Part shown: piece after piece, positions 54,804 through 64,000 of the stretch | Position numbering within the stretch: position 1 is the first letter of the stretch | How the letters are laid out: every line of letters begins with the position of its first letter | Origin: Candidatus Binatia bacterium | Lineage (GTDB): Bacteria > Desulfobacterota > Binatia > UBA9968 > JAJDTQ01 | Length of the DNA stretch: 64,000 nucleotides | Direction of reading: 5' to 3' | NCBI GenBank assembly: GCA_022823055.1 | Contig: JAJDXX010000235.1 | Span: 1,308 to 65,307 of the forward strand | Made by a program: the position numbers and the translations under genes | Notes under the pieces: model-generated | The model's input: the letters and a program-made list of their open reading frames with translations, nothing else | Database searches by the model: none | Told to the model about the DNA's origin: nothing

Positions 54804-56192
54804 TTACGACAGCACGGCCTTGGCGACCGTGGTGATGGCGTTCCGCAGGATCGCGACGATCTCGTCGATCTGCTCTTTCGTGACCACCAGCGGCGGGCAC
54901 ACCGCCAGGGCGTGGGTGCCGCATACCCGCAGCAACAGGCCGTTGGCGAGGCACTCGTCGTAGACCTGCCGGGGCACCTGCTGCTCCACCGCGAAGGACT
55001 CCCGGGTCTCCTTGTCCTTCACCAGCTCCACCGCGGCGATGAGCCCCCGGCCACGCACCTGCCCCACCATGGGCAGCTCCGAAAGCGCCCCGAGCCGTTC
55101 CTGCATGTACGCCCCCACCTCCGCGGCCCGCTCCACCAGCCGTTCCCGCTCGATGATGTCGAGGTTGGCCAGCGCCGCGGCGCACACCACCGGATGCCCG
55201 GTGTAGGTGTAGCCGTGGTAGAACGCGTCGTCGGCCCTGGCCAGCAGCGTCTGGAAGATTTCTTCCCGGAACAGCATGGCGCCCATGGGCAGGTAGCCGC
55301 TGGTGATGCCCTTGGCGGTCACCAGCACGTCGGGCGTGACGCCCTCGCCCGCGCACGCGAACAGGCTGCCGGTGCGTCCGAAACCGGTGATCACCTCGTC
55401 ACAGACCATCAGGATGCCATGCCGGTCGCAGATCTCCCGGATCCTTGCGAGCCACCCTTCGGGCGGCACGATGACCCCGCCCACGCCCTGCACGGGCTCG
55501 GCCACGAAGGCCGCTATGGCATCCGCGCCCTCCCGCTCCACCAACCGCTCCAGCTCGTCGGCGCAGGCAAGCTTACAGTCCGGCCAGGTCTTCCCCAGCT
55601 CGCAGCGGTAGCAGTGGGGCCGCGCCATGTGATGCACGTCCGGGAGGCCGGGCGCCATCTGCTCGTTGAACAGCGGGATGCCGGTCAGCATGGCGGCACC
55701 GCTCGACGAGCCGTGATAGCCCTGGTTCAGGGTGACGAACCGCGTCCGTTGGGGCTGCCCCATGGCCTTCCAGTAGGCCCGCACCAGCCGGATCATGCTC
55801 TCGTTGGTCTCCGAGCCCCCCGACGTGAACACGACCCGGGTCAACCCCTCCGGCGCCATCTCGGCGAGCCGGGACGCCAGCCGGACGGTGGGCTCCGAGG
55901 TGGGCCCGATGAGCGTGGGCGCGTAGGCGAGCCGGTCCATCTGGTCCGCCACCGCCCGGGTGATCTCCTTCCGGCCGTGGCCCACGTGGACGTTCCACAG
56001 GGTGGAGAGGCCGTCGATGTAGCGCTTGCCCAAGGAGTCCCAGAAATAGACCCCTTCGGCCCGGACGAACACCGGCAACCCGTCCTTTTGATGCTTCGAC
56101 AGCGGCACGAAGCCATGGACGAGATGGTCCCGGTCGGCGCGGCTCATGGCCGCGGTGCGTTCGAGGTCAACGTTTTCTTGAGCTTTCGTCAT
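54804..56192 (-). CDS. Class-III (omega-type) aminotransferase
   Basis: 462 aa. ...FVRAEGVYFWDSLGKRYIDGLSTLWNVHVGHG..., ...ILMVCDEVITGFGRTGSLFA..., ...YTYTGHPV... Confidence 0.85.
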   Translation of the reverse strand: MTKAQENVDLERTAAMSRADRDHLVHGFVPLSKHQKDGLPVFVRAEGVYFWDSLGKRYIDGLSTLWNVHVGHGRKEITRAVADQMDRLAYAPTLIGPTSEPTVRLASRLAEMAPEGLTRVVFTSGGSETNESMIRLVRAYWKAMGQPQRTRFVTLNQGYHGSSSGAAMLTGIPLFNEQMAPGLPDVHHMARPHCYRCELGKTWPDCKLACADELERLVEREGADAIAAFVAEPVQGVGGVIVPPEGWLARIREICDRHGILMVCDEVITGFGRTGSLFACAGEGVTPDVLVTAKGITSGYLPMGAMLFREEIFQTLLARADDAFYHGYTYTGHPVVCAAALANLDIIERERLVERAAEVGAYMQERLGALSELPMVGQVRGRGLIAAVELVKDKETRESFAVEQQVPRQVYDECLANGLLLRVCGTHALAVCPPLVVTKEQIDEIVAILRNAITTVAKAVLS

Positions 56193-56261
56193 GGGTCCGA
56201 TGTACGCCGGACGCCGCGGAAGGTCGGTGTCTCCGGCCTCGCGTCATCGGCCGCCGGCGCC

Positions 56262-57293
56262 TTAGAGTCCGTAGTAGCGCTTCGGGTTGTCGCACAGGAT
56301 CTTCTTGCGCACATCGGGGTTGATGTCCTCCCGTGCGAAGAAGTCCGGCAGATCGTGGAAGAAGTCCGCGCGCGCCCGCTCGTGGGGATAGTCCGAGGCC
56401 CACAGCACCTGGTCCCCGCCGAGCTGCTCCAGCACGTACGGCAGGCTCCGTTCGTCCACCTCGCAGGTGAAGAAGATGTTGCCGCCGCGGATGATGTCGC
56501 TGGGGCGCTGCTTCACCGCCAGCGCGTGGCCGCGCCGCTCCCAGTTCTCGTCCAGCGCGTCCATCATGAACGGCACCCAGCCGGTGCCGCACTCCAGGTA
56601 GGCCACGCGCAGGTTGGGGAAGCGGTCGTACACGCCGGCGTTGATCATGCTCATCATCTGCACCATCTGCGGCATGGCGTGCTCCAGCGGCCTCGCCTCG
56701 GCCAGACTCTCGAAGATGTCCAGGCCAAGGCCCGCCACCGGACCGCCGTGGACCGCCAGGGCGCAGTCGAGCCGCTCGGCTTCCGCGTAGATCGGGTCGA
56801 ACTGGCGGCCGCCCAGCCCCACCAGCGGCGCCATCACCGACGGGATCACCCCGGCCACCATGCCCAGCTCCTCCACGCACCGGCGCAGCTCCGCCACCGC
56901 GGCGTCGATGTCCTGGACCGGCAGCAGCGCCACCCCCTTGAGCCGGTCCGACTGGCGGCCGAAACAGTCGTACAGCCAGTCGTTGTAGGCCTGGGCCACG
57001 GCCACCGCCCAGCCCTTGTTGCGGATCTGGCCGTGGAACAGCGCGTTGCTGGGATAGAGGATGGTCTGCTCGATCTTCGACTCGTCCAGGAAGCTCAGCC
57101 AGTTGGCCGCGTCCGGCACCTCGGCCTTGTGGCGGGACGACATGCCGCGCATCCAGCCGTCGGTAAGCGGGAAGAGGTAGTACTCGCGGGTCCAGTCCTT
57201 CTCGTTCCACGGAGCCGGCAGGTAGTTGCGCAGGTCCTTGTCCTGGTCCACCACGTGGCCGTCGGCGTCGATGATAGCGTGTTCACATTCCAT
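56262..57293 (-). CDS. Amidohydrolase-2 family protein (second paralogue in the window)
   Basis: 343 aa. [16 protein letters not shown]..., ...[12 protein letters not shown]... Confidence 0.8.
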   Translation of the reverse strand: MECEHAIIDADGHVVDQDKDLRNYLPAPWNEKDWTREYYLFPLTDGWMRGMSSRHKAEVPDAANWLSFLDESKIEQTILYPSNALFHGQIRNKGWAVAVAQAYNDWLYDCFGRQSDRLKGVALLPVQDIDAAVAELRRCVEELGMVAGVIPSVMAPLVGLGGRQFDPIYAEAERLDCALAVHGGPVAGLGLDIFESLAEARPLEHAMPQMVQMMSMINAGVYDRFPNLRVAYLECGTGWVPFMMDALDENWERRGHALAVKQRPSDIIRGGNIFFTCEVDERSLPYVLEQLGGDQVLWASDYPHERARADFFHDLPDFFAREDINPDVRKKILCDNPKRYYGL

Positions 57294-57333
57294 GATCGGT
57301 CTCCCCTGCCGGATCCGAGGCGCGCCGCGTGCT

Positions 57334-58803
57334 TCAGCGGATCATCAGCCGGCCGGACTGGCCGGAGTAGTTGATGAAGACGGTCTTGAGCTCGGTGAAG
57401 AAGTTGACGCCCTCCTCGGACATCTCCCGCTCGCCCACGCCGGTGGCCTTGATGCCGCCGAACGGGAGCTGTGCCTCGCCGCCGATGGTGGGCTCGTTCA
57501 CGTGCACCATGCCCGTCTCCACCTCCTCCACGAAGCGCATGACCTTGTCCACGTCCTGGGTGAAGATGGAGGTGGTGAGGCCGAAGTCCACCGAGTTGGC
57601 GAACTGGATGGCTTCATCGAGGTCCGAGGCCGCCGCCACCGAAAGCACCGGACCGAAGATCTCCTCCCGGAAGATGCGCATGTCCGGGGTGACGTCGTCG
57701 AACACCGTGGGCTCGACGTAGTAGCCGTGGTCCAGCCCCTTGGGGGTATTGCCGCCCACCACCAGCCGGGCGCCCTCCTGCTTGCCGATCTCGATGTACT
57801 CCAGGTCGGTCTTCCACTGGCCCTCGTCCACCGCCGGCCCCATGTCCACCTCCGCGTCCAGGCCCGGGCCCACGCGGATCTTCTTCGCGTGTTCTTCCAG
57901 CCGGGCCACCAGCTCGCTCCGGGTGTCGCCGATGGCGATGACCCGGGAGGTGGCGGTGCAGCGCTGGCCGGTGGAGCCGAAGGCGCCGTCCCGTATCGCC
58001 ACCGCCGCCTTGTCGAGGTCGCAATCGGGCATGACGATGACCGCGTTCTTGCCGCCCATCTCGCAGGTGACCTTGGCGCCCCGGGAGGCGGCCTTGACGT
58101 AGAGGTCGCTGCCGATCTCGTTGGAGCCGGTGAACGACACCACCGGGATGCGCCGGGAGTTGACGATGGTTTCGCCCACGTCGCCGCCGGAGCCCACCAC
58201 CACGTTGAAGACGCCCTTGGGAATGCCGGCTTCCTCGTAGACCTCCGCCAGGAGGCCCGCCGTGGACGGGGTCAGGGACGCCGGCTTGAGCAGCACCGCG
58301 TTGCCCGCCACCAGCGCCGGCGCCGACTTCCACACCGGTATCGCCCAGGGGAAGTTCCACGGCGCGATGAGCCCCACGACGCCCATGGGCTGGCGGATGG
58401 TGTAGGTGAAGGTGTCCCGGGCCTCGGACGGGAGCGTCTTGCCGCCCAGCCGGTAGCCGGCGCCGGCGTTGTACTCCATGAGCGAGATCCCCTTGAGCAC
58501 CTCGCCCCGTGCCTCCTTGAAGATCTTCCCTTCCTCCCGGGTCATCATCTCGGCAATCTCGTCCACGCGCCGGCGCGCGATGTCCGCGGCGCGCCAGATC
58601 GCCCGGCCGCGCTCCGGTCCCGGCGTCTTGCGCCAACCCTGGAACGCCTCCGCTGCCGCGTCGATGGCCCGTTCCGTGTCCGCCGCCGTGGCCATGGGGA
58701 ACTCGGCGATGACGTCGCGGGTGTCGGCGGGGTTGACGTTGCGGATCTGTCTTTCGGAGTTGGGCTGGTACCATTCTCCGTTGATGTAGGAACCGGTTTG
58801 CAT
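57334..58803 (-). CDS. NAD(P)-dependent aldehyde dehydrogenase
   Basis: Inner start [14 protein letters not shown]... with AAGGAGA SD (ATG 58803). ...FTGSNEIG..., ...[10 protein letters not shown]..., ...GQRCTATSR..., ...EEIFGPV... Confidence 0.92.
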   Translation of the reverse strand: MQTGSYINGEWYQPNSERQIRNVNPADTRDVIAEFPMATAADTERAIDAAAEAFQGWRKTPGPERGRAIWRAADIARRRVDEIAEMMTREEGKIFKEARGEVLKGISLMEYNAGAGYRLGGKTLPSEARDTFTYTIRQPMGVVGLIAPWNFPWAIPVWKSAPALVAGNAVLLKPASLTPSTAGLLAEVYEEAGIPKGVFNVVVGSGGDVGETIVNSRRIPVVSFTGSNEIGSDLYVKAASRGAKVTCEMGGKNAVIVMPDCDLDKAAVAIRDGAFGSTGQRCTATSRVIAIGDTRSELVARLEEHAKKIRVGPGLDAEVDMGPAVDEGQWKTDLEYIEIGKQEGARLVVGGNTPKGLDHGYYVEPTVFDDVTPDMRIFREEIFGPVLSVAAASDLDEAIQFANSVDFGLTTSIFTQDVDKVMRFVEEVETGMVHVNEPTIGGEAQLPFGGIKATGVGEREMSEEGVNFFTELKTVFINYSGQSGRLMIR

Positions 58804-58971
58804 GGGTTGTGTCTCCTTGGGGGCCGTGTCGTGGGTCGCGGAGGGGTCTTGCGGCGCAAGACACCGGCGTTGGACGTGTGTCGGATTAAAAAAGACATGG
58901 GGTTCCGTGTCAAGCGTTCCGGGCATTTGCGGCGCCGGGCAGGCGCCCTCTATACTCTTGAACGGGCAACC

Positions 58972-59451
58972 ATGAAGCACGTCACCATCTATACCGACGG
59001 AGCCTGCATCGGGAACCCAGGGCCAGGGGGTTACGGTGCCGTGCTCCTCTATGAAGGCAACCGCCAGGAACTGAGCGGAGGGTACCGCCGGACCACCAAC
59101 AACCGCATGGAGATCAGGGCCGTGCTGGCCGGGCTCCGGTCCCTGAAAGAACCGTGCCGGGTGACCGTGTTCAGCGACTCCCGGTACGTCGTGGACGCCA
59201 TGTCCAAGGGCTGGGCAGAGAGTTGGCGCGACAAGGGGTGGAGGAAGCGCGACAAGACCCCCGCCCTGAATCCCGATCTCTGGGAGGAGATGCTGGACCT
59301 GTCGGAGCGCCACCAGGTCGAGTTTCGCTGGGTCAAAGGCCACGCGGGCGACCCGGAGAACGAGCGATGCGACGAGCTGGCGGTGGCAGCGGCGAGCGGA
59401 GGGGATCTGGCCCATGACGAGGTTTATGAGAAGAAGGGCGCAAAACGTTGA
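58972..59451 (+). CDS. rnhA: Ribonuclease HI
   Basis: Last 159 codons of track ORF 57226..59451. [25 protein letters not shown]...[10 protein letters not shown]...VFSDSRYVV...[18 protein letters not shown]. Confidence 0.95.
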   Translation: MKHVTIYTDGACIGNPGPGGYGAVLLYEGNRQELSGGYRRTTNNRMEIRAVLAGLRSLKEPCRVTVFSDSRYVVDAMSKGWAESWRDKGWRKRDKTPALNPDLWEEMLDLSERHQVEFRWVKGHAGDPENERCDELAVAAASGGDLAHDEVYEKKGAKR

Positions 59452-59538
59452 AATGTCAGCGGCTACCGCTCAGATTTCAAGCGTTTACCAGACCAAACGC
59501 CACTATGAATAATCCGGCCCGGTGTTAAATTGGAGTCC

Positions 59539-60597
<1,059 letters not shown>

Positions 60598-60748
60598 AGG
60601 AGTTGGTAGCCGCCACTCGCGCGGGCCGCGGGCATCAAGGCGTTCACGTCCGACCAGACATGGAGGTTCCCGGATGGAGAAGTCTCCAGCGTCCGAACAA
60701 CCCCCTCCGGACCATTACGTTGTCAAGCCTCAACACGGAGGTACCCGA

Positions 60749-61117
60749 ATGAAGCAGTATACGGTGTTCCAGCACCCCACGTCCGGCTATGAGGCCGTCA
60801 AGAACGGCTGGAGCTGGCCCGCGTTCTTCTTCACCTGGATCTGGGCGTTCGTGAAAAGACTCTGGCTGGTCGGCGTGATCGTATTCCTGTTCGGGATCCT
60901 CGCGAGCTCGATCCCGGAGGCCTGGCTGGTCGGCGAGCTGATCATTTCGATCGTGATGGGCGTGAAGGGCAATGAACTACGGTGCAAACGACTGAGCGAT
61001 TCCGGATACGAACAGGTGGCGACCGTGGAGGCAAGGACACCCGATCACGCGCTGTCGGTGCATCTCGCTTCACAGAGCGGTGAGAACCCCATCCCCCCGG
61101 AAGGCATCGTCAGGTAG
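60749..61117 (+). CDS. DUF2628-domain membrane protein (paralogue 1)
   Basis: GGAGG SD then ATG 60749 (inner start of the track ORF). MKQYTVFQHPTSGYEAVKNGWSWPAFFFTWIWAFVKRLW... Two TM segments. Confidence 0.75.
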   Translation: MKQYTVFQHPTSGYEAVKNGWSWPAFFFTWIWAFVKRLWLVGVIVFLFGILASSIPEAWLVGELIISIVMGVKGNELRCKRLSDSGYEQVATVEARTPDHALSVHLASQSGENPIPPEGIVR

Positions 61118-61167
61118 TTCGCGCCGGCCGGCCGCGTTCGCCGCACCATTGGAAAGGAGCATTCCGA

Positions 61168-61542
61168 ATGACGAAGTTTTCCATTTTCCAACACCCTGAC
61201 CTAGGCCATGAAGCCGTCAAGAACGGCTGGAGCTGGCCGGCGTTCCTCTTAACCTGGATTTGGGCGTTCGTAAAGCGACTATTCCTGATTGGCTGGTTTG
61301 TGCTGTTGCTCGTGATGGCCTTGAGCTCGATCCCGTCCCCGGAGGTCTGGCTGGTCGGCAACCTGATCATTTCCATCGCGATGGGCGCGAAAGGAAATGA
61401 ACTACGGGCCAAACGGCTGCGCGGCTTCGGATACGAAGAGGTGGCGACCGTGGAGGCGAGGACGCCGGACGGTGCGCTGGCGGTGCATCTTGCTTCGCAG
61501 GGGGATGAGGGCGCGGTGCCGCCGGAGGGGATTGTGAGGTAG
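61168..61542 (+). CDS. DUF2628-domain membrane protein (paralogue 2)
   Basis: AAAGGAG SD. MTKFSIFQHPDLGHEAVKNGWSWPAFLLTWIWAFVKRLF... About 70% identical to paralogue 1, including the identical C-terminus PPEGIVR. Confidence 0.75.
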   Translation: MTKFSIFQHPDLGHEAVKNGWSWPAFLLTWIWAFVKRLFLIGWFVLLLVMALSSIPSPEVWLVGNLIISIAMGAKGNELRAKRLRGFGYEEVATVEARTPDGALAVHLASQGDEGAVPPEGIVR

Positions 61543-61586
61543 GTTGCGGGGTCGGGCGCATTTGCCGGACATCCCGCTTCTGGATC

Positions 61587-61617
61587 CCGGGTCAAGCTTG
61601 TCCCGGGCTTGACCCGG
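61587..61617. repeat. GC-rich hairpin (11-bp stem CCGGGTCAAGC/GCTTGACCCGG, 9-nt loop) between convergent genes; REP-like element or bidirectional terminator
   Basis: Perfect stem read directly. Embedded in ...GGATCCCGGG...CCCGGGATGACGG... No T-tract. Confidence 0.5.
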
Positions 61618-61634
61618 AGCCCGGGATGACGGAA

Positions 61635-62939
61635 TCACCGGATCATCGTGTTCGGCAGGAACAGCGCGATGTCCGGGAACGCCACCAGGATGGCCAGGCA
61701 GACGGCCATGGCGATCCAGAACGGGAAGATGCCGGCGAAGATCCGGCTCATGGGCACGTCCTCGGCGATGCCCTTGACCACGAAGACGTTGACTCCCACC
61801 GGCGGGCTGATGAGGCCCATCTCCAGCACGATGACCATGACCACGCCGAACCAGATGGGGTCGTAGCCCAGGGTGAGGATGATGGGGTGCACGATGGGGA
61901 GGGTCAGCACCAGCATGGCGAAGCCCTCCAGGAACATCCCCAGCACGATGTAGGCGGCCAGCAGGATGCCGAGCACGGCCAGCCGGGGCAGCTCCATGCC
62001 CACCAGCAGCTCGGCCAGGTCGCTGGGGATGTGGGTCAGCGCCAGGAACGGGTTGAAGATGTGGGCGCCCACCAGGATGAGGAATACCAGGGCGGTAGTG
62101 CGCGTGCTCTCCAGCGCCAGCGACGACAGCGAGGACACCGTCAGCCGGCCGCGTATCAGCGCCAGCAGGGCCGCCAGGAAGGCGCCTACGCCGGCGGCCT
62201 CGGTGGGGGTGAAGAGGCCGGCGTAGATCCCGCCGATGGTCACCGTCACCACGCCGATCATGGCGCTGGCCTGGCGGAAGGCGCGGATGCGGTCCATCAC
62301 GCTGGAAGCCGGCCCCGGCGGCCCCAGGTCCGGGTTGATGCGGGTCTGGATGAAGATCGACAGGATGAACAGCGCGGTCAGCAGCAGCCCCGGGAAGAAC
62401 CCGGCCAGGAACAGGCGGCCGATGGATTCCTCGGTGAGGATGGCGTAGATCACGAAGCCCGTGCTGGGCGGTATCAGGATGCCCAAGGTGCCGCCGGCGG
62501 CGATGGCGCCGGTGGAGAGGCGCGAGTCGTAGCGGTAGGTGCGCATCTCGGGTAGCGCTACCTTGCCCATGGTCACGGCCGCGGCCACCGAAGAGCCGGA
62601 GAGCGCCGCGAAACCCGCGCAGGCGGCGATGGTGGCCGATGCCAGCCCGCCGCGCCAGTGCCCGAACCAAGCATAGGCGGCGGCGTAGAGGTCGCGGCTC
62701 ATGCCGGAAACCGTGGCGAAGTTCCCCATGAGCACGAACAGCGGGATGACGATGAGCTCGTAGTTGGTGGAGATGACGAAGGGCTCGCTGCCGAGCACGG
62801 CCATGGCCGGACCCCAGCCGTGGAGGGTGCCGAATCCCAGCACCCCTATGAGCATCATGGCGATGCCCACGGGCATCCTGAGCGCCAGGAGCACGAAAAG
62901 CCCCGCCAACCCCAGAAGACCCGCGGAGGTGGGACTCAT
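61635..62939 (-). CDS. dctM: TRAP transporter large permease subunit (DctM family)
   Basis: 434 aa and multi-TM. ...GSLGILIPPS-type motif (...GTLGILIPPSTGFVIYA...). Confidence 0.93.
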   Translation of the reverse strand: MSPTSAGLLGLAGLFVLLALRMPVGIAMMLIGVLGFGTLHGWGPAMAVLGSEPFVISTNYELIVIPLFVLMGNFATVSGMSRDLYAAAYAWFGHWRGGLASATIAACAGFAALSGSSVAAAVTMGKVALPEMRTYRYDSRLSTGAIAAGGTLGILIPPSTGFVIYAILTEESIGRLFLAGFFPGLLLTALFILSIFIQTRINPDLGPPGPASSVMDRIRAFRQASAMIGVVTVTIGGIYAGLFTPTEAAGVGAFLAALLALIRGRLTVSSLSSLALESTRTTALVFLILVGAHIFNPFLALTHIPSDLAELLVGMELPRLAVLGILLAAYIVLGMFLEGFAMLVLTLPIVHPIILTLGYDPIWFGVVMVIVLEMGLISPPVGVNVFVVKGIAEDVPMSRIFAGIFPFWIAMAVCLAILVAFPDIALFLPNTMIR

Positions 62940-63463
62940 TCAGCCTTCTCTTGGGGAGTCTGTGGCGGCCGGAAGATGCCGGCCGCCGCCTGAAGCAGCA
63001 GCACCAGGGCGAACAGCAGCCAGCCGAAGCTCATCAGGAACATGAAAGGATGGTGGGCGATCTCCACGAGGTTGCTGGCCTCGCCGTATTCCAGTGCGTC
63101 GAGCCCCTGGTGCATGGCCTGCCACGCGACGATGGCGAACAGCACGGCGCCCAGCAGCCGCATGAGGGTGTCGGTGTAGCGGAGCCGCGCCTCCCCCACC
63201 ACCGTGCTGATGAGGTCCACGGCTACGTGGCCGCCGGTCCAGCCGCAGTAGGGGATCCCCAGAAACACCACCACGGCCAGACTCAGTTCGGAGATGTCCT
63301 GCGCGCCCAGGATGGGCGCGTTGAAGACGTAGCGCATCACCACCGCCACCACCGTCAGCAGCATCAGCCACAGCAACGCGGCGCCGGCCGCGTAGGCCAG
63401 GAACCGGGTGGTCCGGTCGGCCACCGCGGTCCCCGGCAACGCGGCACGCGATTCGTCACCCAT
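62936..63463 (-). CDS. dctQ: TRAP transporter small permease subunit (DctQ family)
   Basis: 175 aa with four TM segments. The stop overlaps the dctM ATG (4 nt). Lies downstream of the dctP-like gene. Confidence 0.85.
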   Translation of the reverse strand: MGDESRAALPGTAVADRTTRFLAYAAGAALLWLMLLTVVAVVMRYVFNAPILGAQDISELSLAVVVFLGIPYCGWTGGHVAVDLISTVVGEARLRYTDTLMRLLGAVLFAIVAWQAMHQGLDALEYGEASNLVEIAHHPFMFLMSFGWLLFALVLLLQAAAGIFRPPQTPQEKAE

Positions 63464-63488
63464 GGGTGCGTGGGATCAGGCTGGCGCC

Positions 63489-64000
63489 CTATCCGCCCAT
63501 GGCGGCGAGGATCTTCTCGGCGTCGATGCCCTTGGCGGACAGCGCCTTGACGGTCGCGGCCCGGACCCCGCTCAGGGCCTTGCGGAAACGCTTGTCCTCG
63601 GCGTCCGAAAGCGTGATCACCTCGCCGCGGCCGCTCTTCTTCTCGCCCGCCAGGGAGCCGGCGCCGGCCTTCTTGTAGATGCCCGCCGCCTTGACGCTCA
63701 GAGCCTCGCCCGAGGTCTCGTCGACGATCTTCTTGTGCTCGGCGGAAAGCCCGTCGTAGGCCTTCTTGTTCATGACCAGGAAGAACGCCGTGTTGGCGAA
63801 CGGTCCGACGGTGTAGTACTTGGCCACCTCGCCGATCTTGAAGCTCCGGATGACGCTCGGCGCCACCATGAGGCCGTCCACCACGCCGGTCTTGAGGGCG
63901 TTGTACATGCGCGTCACCGGCATGGCCACGGGGGTGGCCCCCAGGGCCTTGATGATGTCGCCCTGGAGCTTCGACGGAGTGCGGATCTTCATGCCCTTGA
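63489..64000 (-). CDS. dctP: TRAP transporter substrate-binding protein (DctP family), C-terminal part; the 5' end lies beyond the window
   Basis: ...KIRTPSKLQGDIIKALGATPVAMPVTRMYNALKTGVVDGLMVAPSVIRSFKIGEVAKYYT... is typical DctP. The ORF is open at the window end. Confidence 0.85.
   Translation of the reverse strand, partial: KGMKIRTPSKLQGDIIKALGATPVAMPVTRMYNALKTGVVDGLMVAPSVIRSFKIGEVAKYYTVGPFANTAFFLVMNKKAYDGLSAEHKKIVDETSGEALSVKAAGIYKKAGAGSLAGEKKSGRGEVITLSDAEDKRFRKALSGVRAATVKALSAKGIDAEKILAAMGG

Noticed and set aside
54687-57374. 895-aa plus-strand ORF
   Set aside because: Antisense to the aminotransferase and amidohydrolase genes. It starts inside the repeat element and has a shadow-ORF composition.
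57226-59451. 741-aa plus-strand ORF
   Set aside because: Only the last 159 codons (from ATG 58972) are RNase HI. The rest is antisense to the aldehyde dehydrogenase gene.

Overview
This is a 64-kb, high-GC (about 65%) segment from a diderm bacterium, shown by a complete tol-pal cluster. The taxon cannot be assigned from the sequence alone. Because of the GC content, nearly every real gene is shadowed by long antisense or out-of-frame ORFs in the track. Calls therefore rest on recognisable protein families, start-codon/SD context and operon logic.

Layout:
(i) 1-27.1 kb is dense housekeeping DNA. On the minus strand: ilvB-ilvN-ilvC, a DUF465 gene, tsaB, the conserved rpsB-tsf-pyrH-frr-uppS-cdsA-dxr-rseP block, rho, ribF and tolQ-tolR-tolA-tolB-pal-cpoB. 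Then on the plus strand pgk-tpiA-secG-tRNA-Leu(GAG), followed by yggT/yggS, a lytic transglycosylase, and egtD translationally coupled to a CCG-domain Fe-S protein.
(ii) 27.2-38.4 kb is a mosaic accessory segment bracketed by two 51-bp copies of an IS3-family terminal repeat. It holds a frameshifted NYN gene, BrnT/BrnA, a 660-aa alpha/beta-hydrolase-like protein and a duplicated [hydrolase-hslR] unit. The two reciprocally decayed copies of that unit flank an Rnl5-type RNA ligase plus a SulP transporter. The segment also holds cinA, a RelE/ParE-superfamily toxin with an XRE antitoxin, and an IS3 transposase C-terminal remnant.
(iii) 38.4-64 kb is metabolic and transport DNA. It holds an RND efflux pair, a decayed ABC-transporter/FAD-oxidoreductase remnant, and a row of amidohydrolase, GH84, an EgtB/SenA-family enzyme and a SenB-like glycosyltransferase. 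It also holds a LysW carrier-protein operon (lysW-lysX-lysY-[Cys-Ntn amidohydrolase]-lysZ-lysJ), an aminotransferase/amidohydrolase/aldehyde dehydrogenase row, rnhA, a divergent ychF, tandem DUF2628 genes and a TRAP transporter.

Intergenic spaces carry a nested-palindrome repeat family (GTCATTCCCGCGAAAGCGGGAATCC type) with iteron-like half-site arrays.

Best candidates for something new:
- the Ntn hydrolase embedded in a LysK-less LysW operon;
- the SenA/SenB-like pair joined to a GH84 enzyme that lacks a canonical start codon;
- egtD coupled to an HdrD-like Fe-S protein;
- the duplication-flanked RNA ligase/SulP insertion.

No CRISPR array, rRNA, integrase or prophage was seen.
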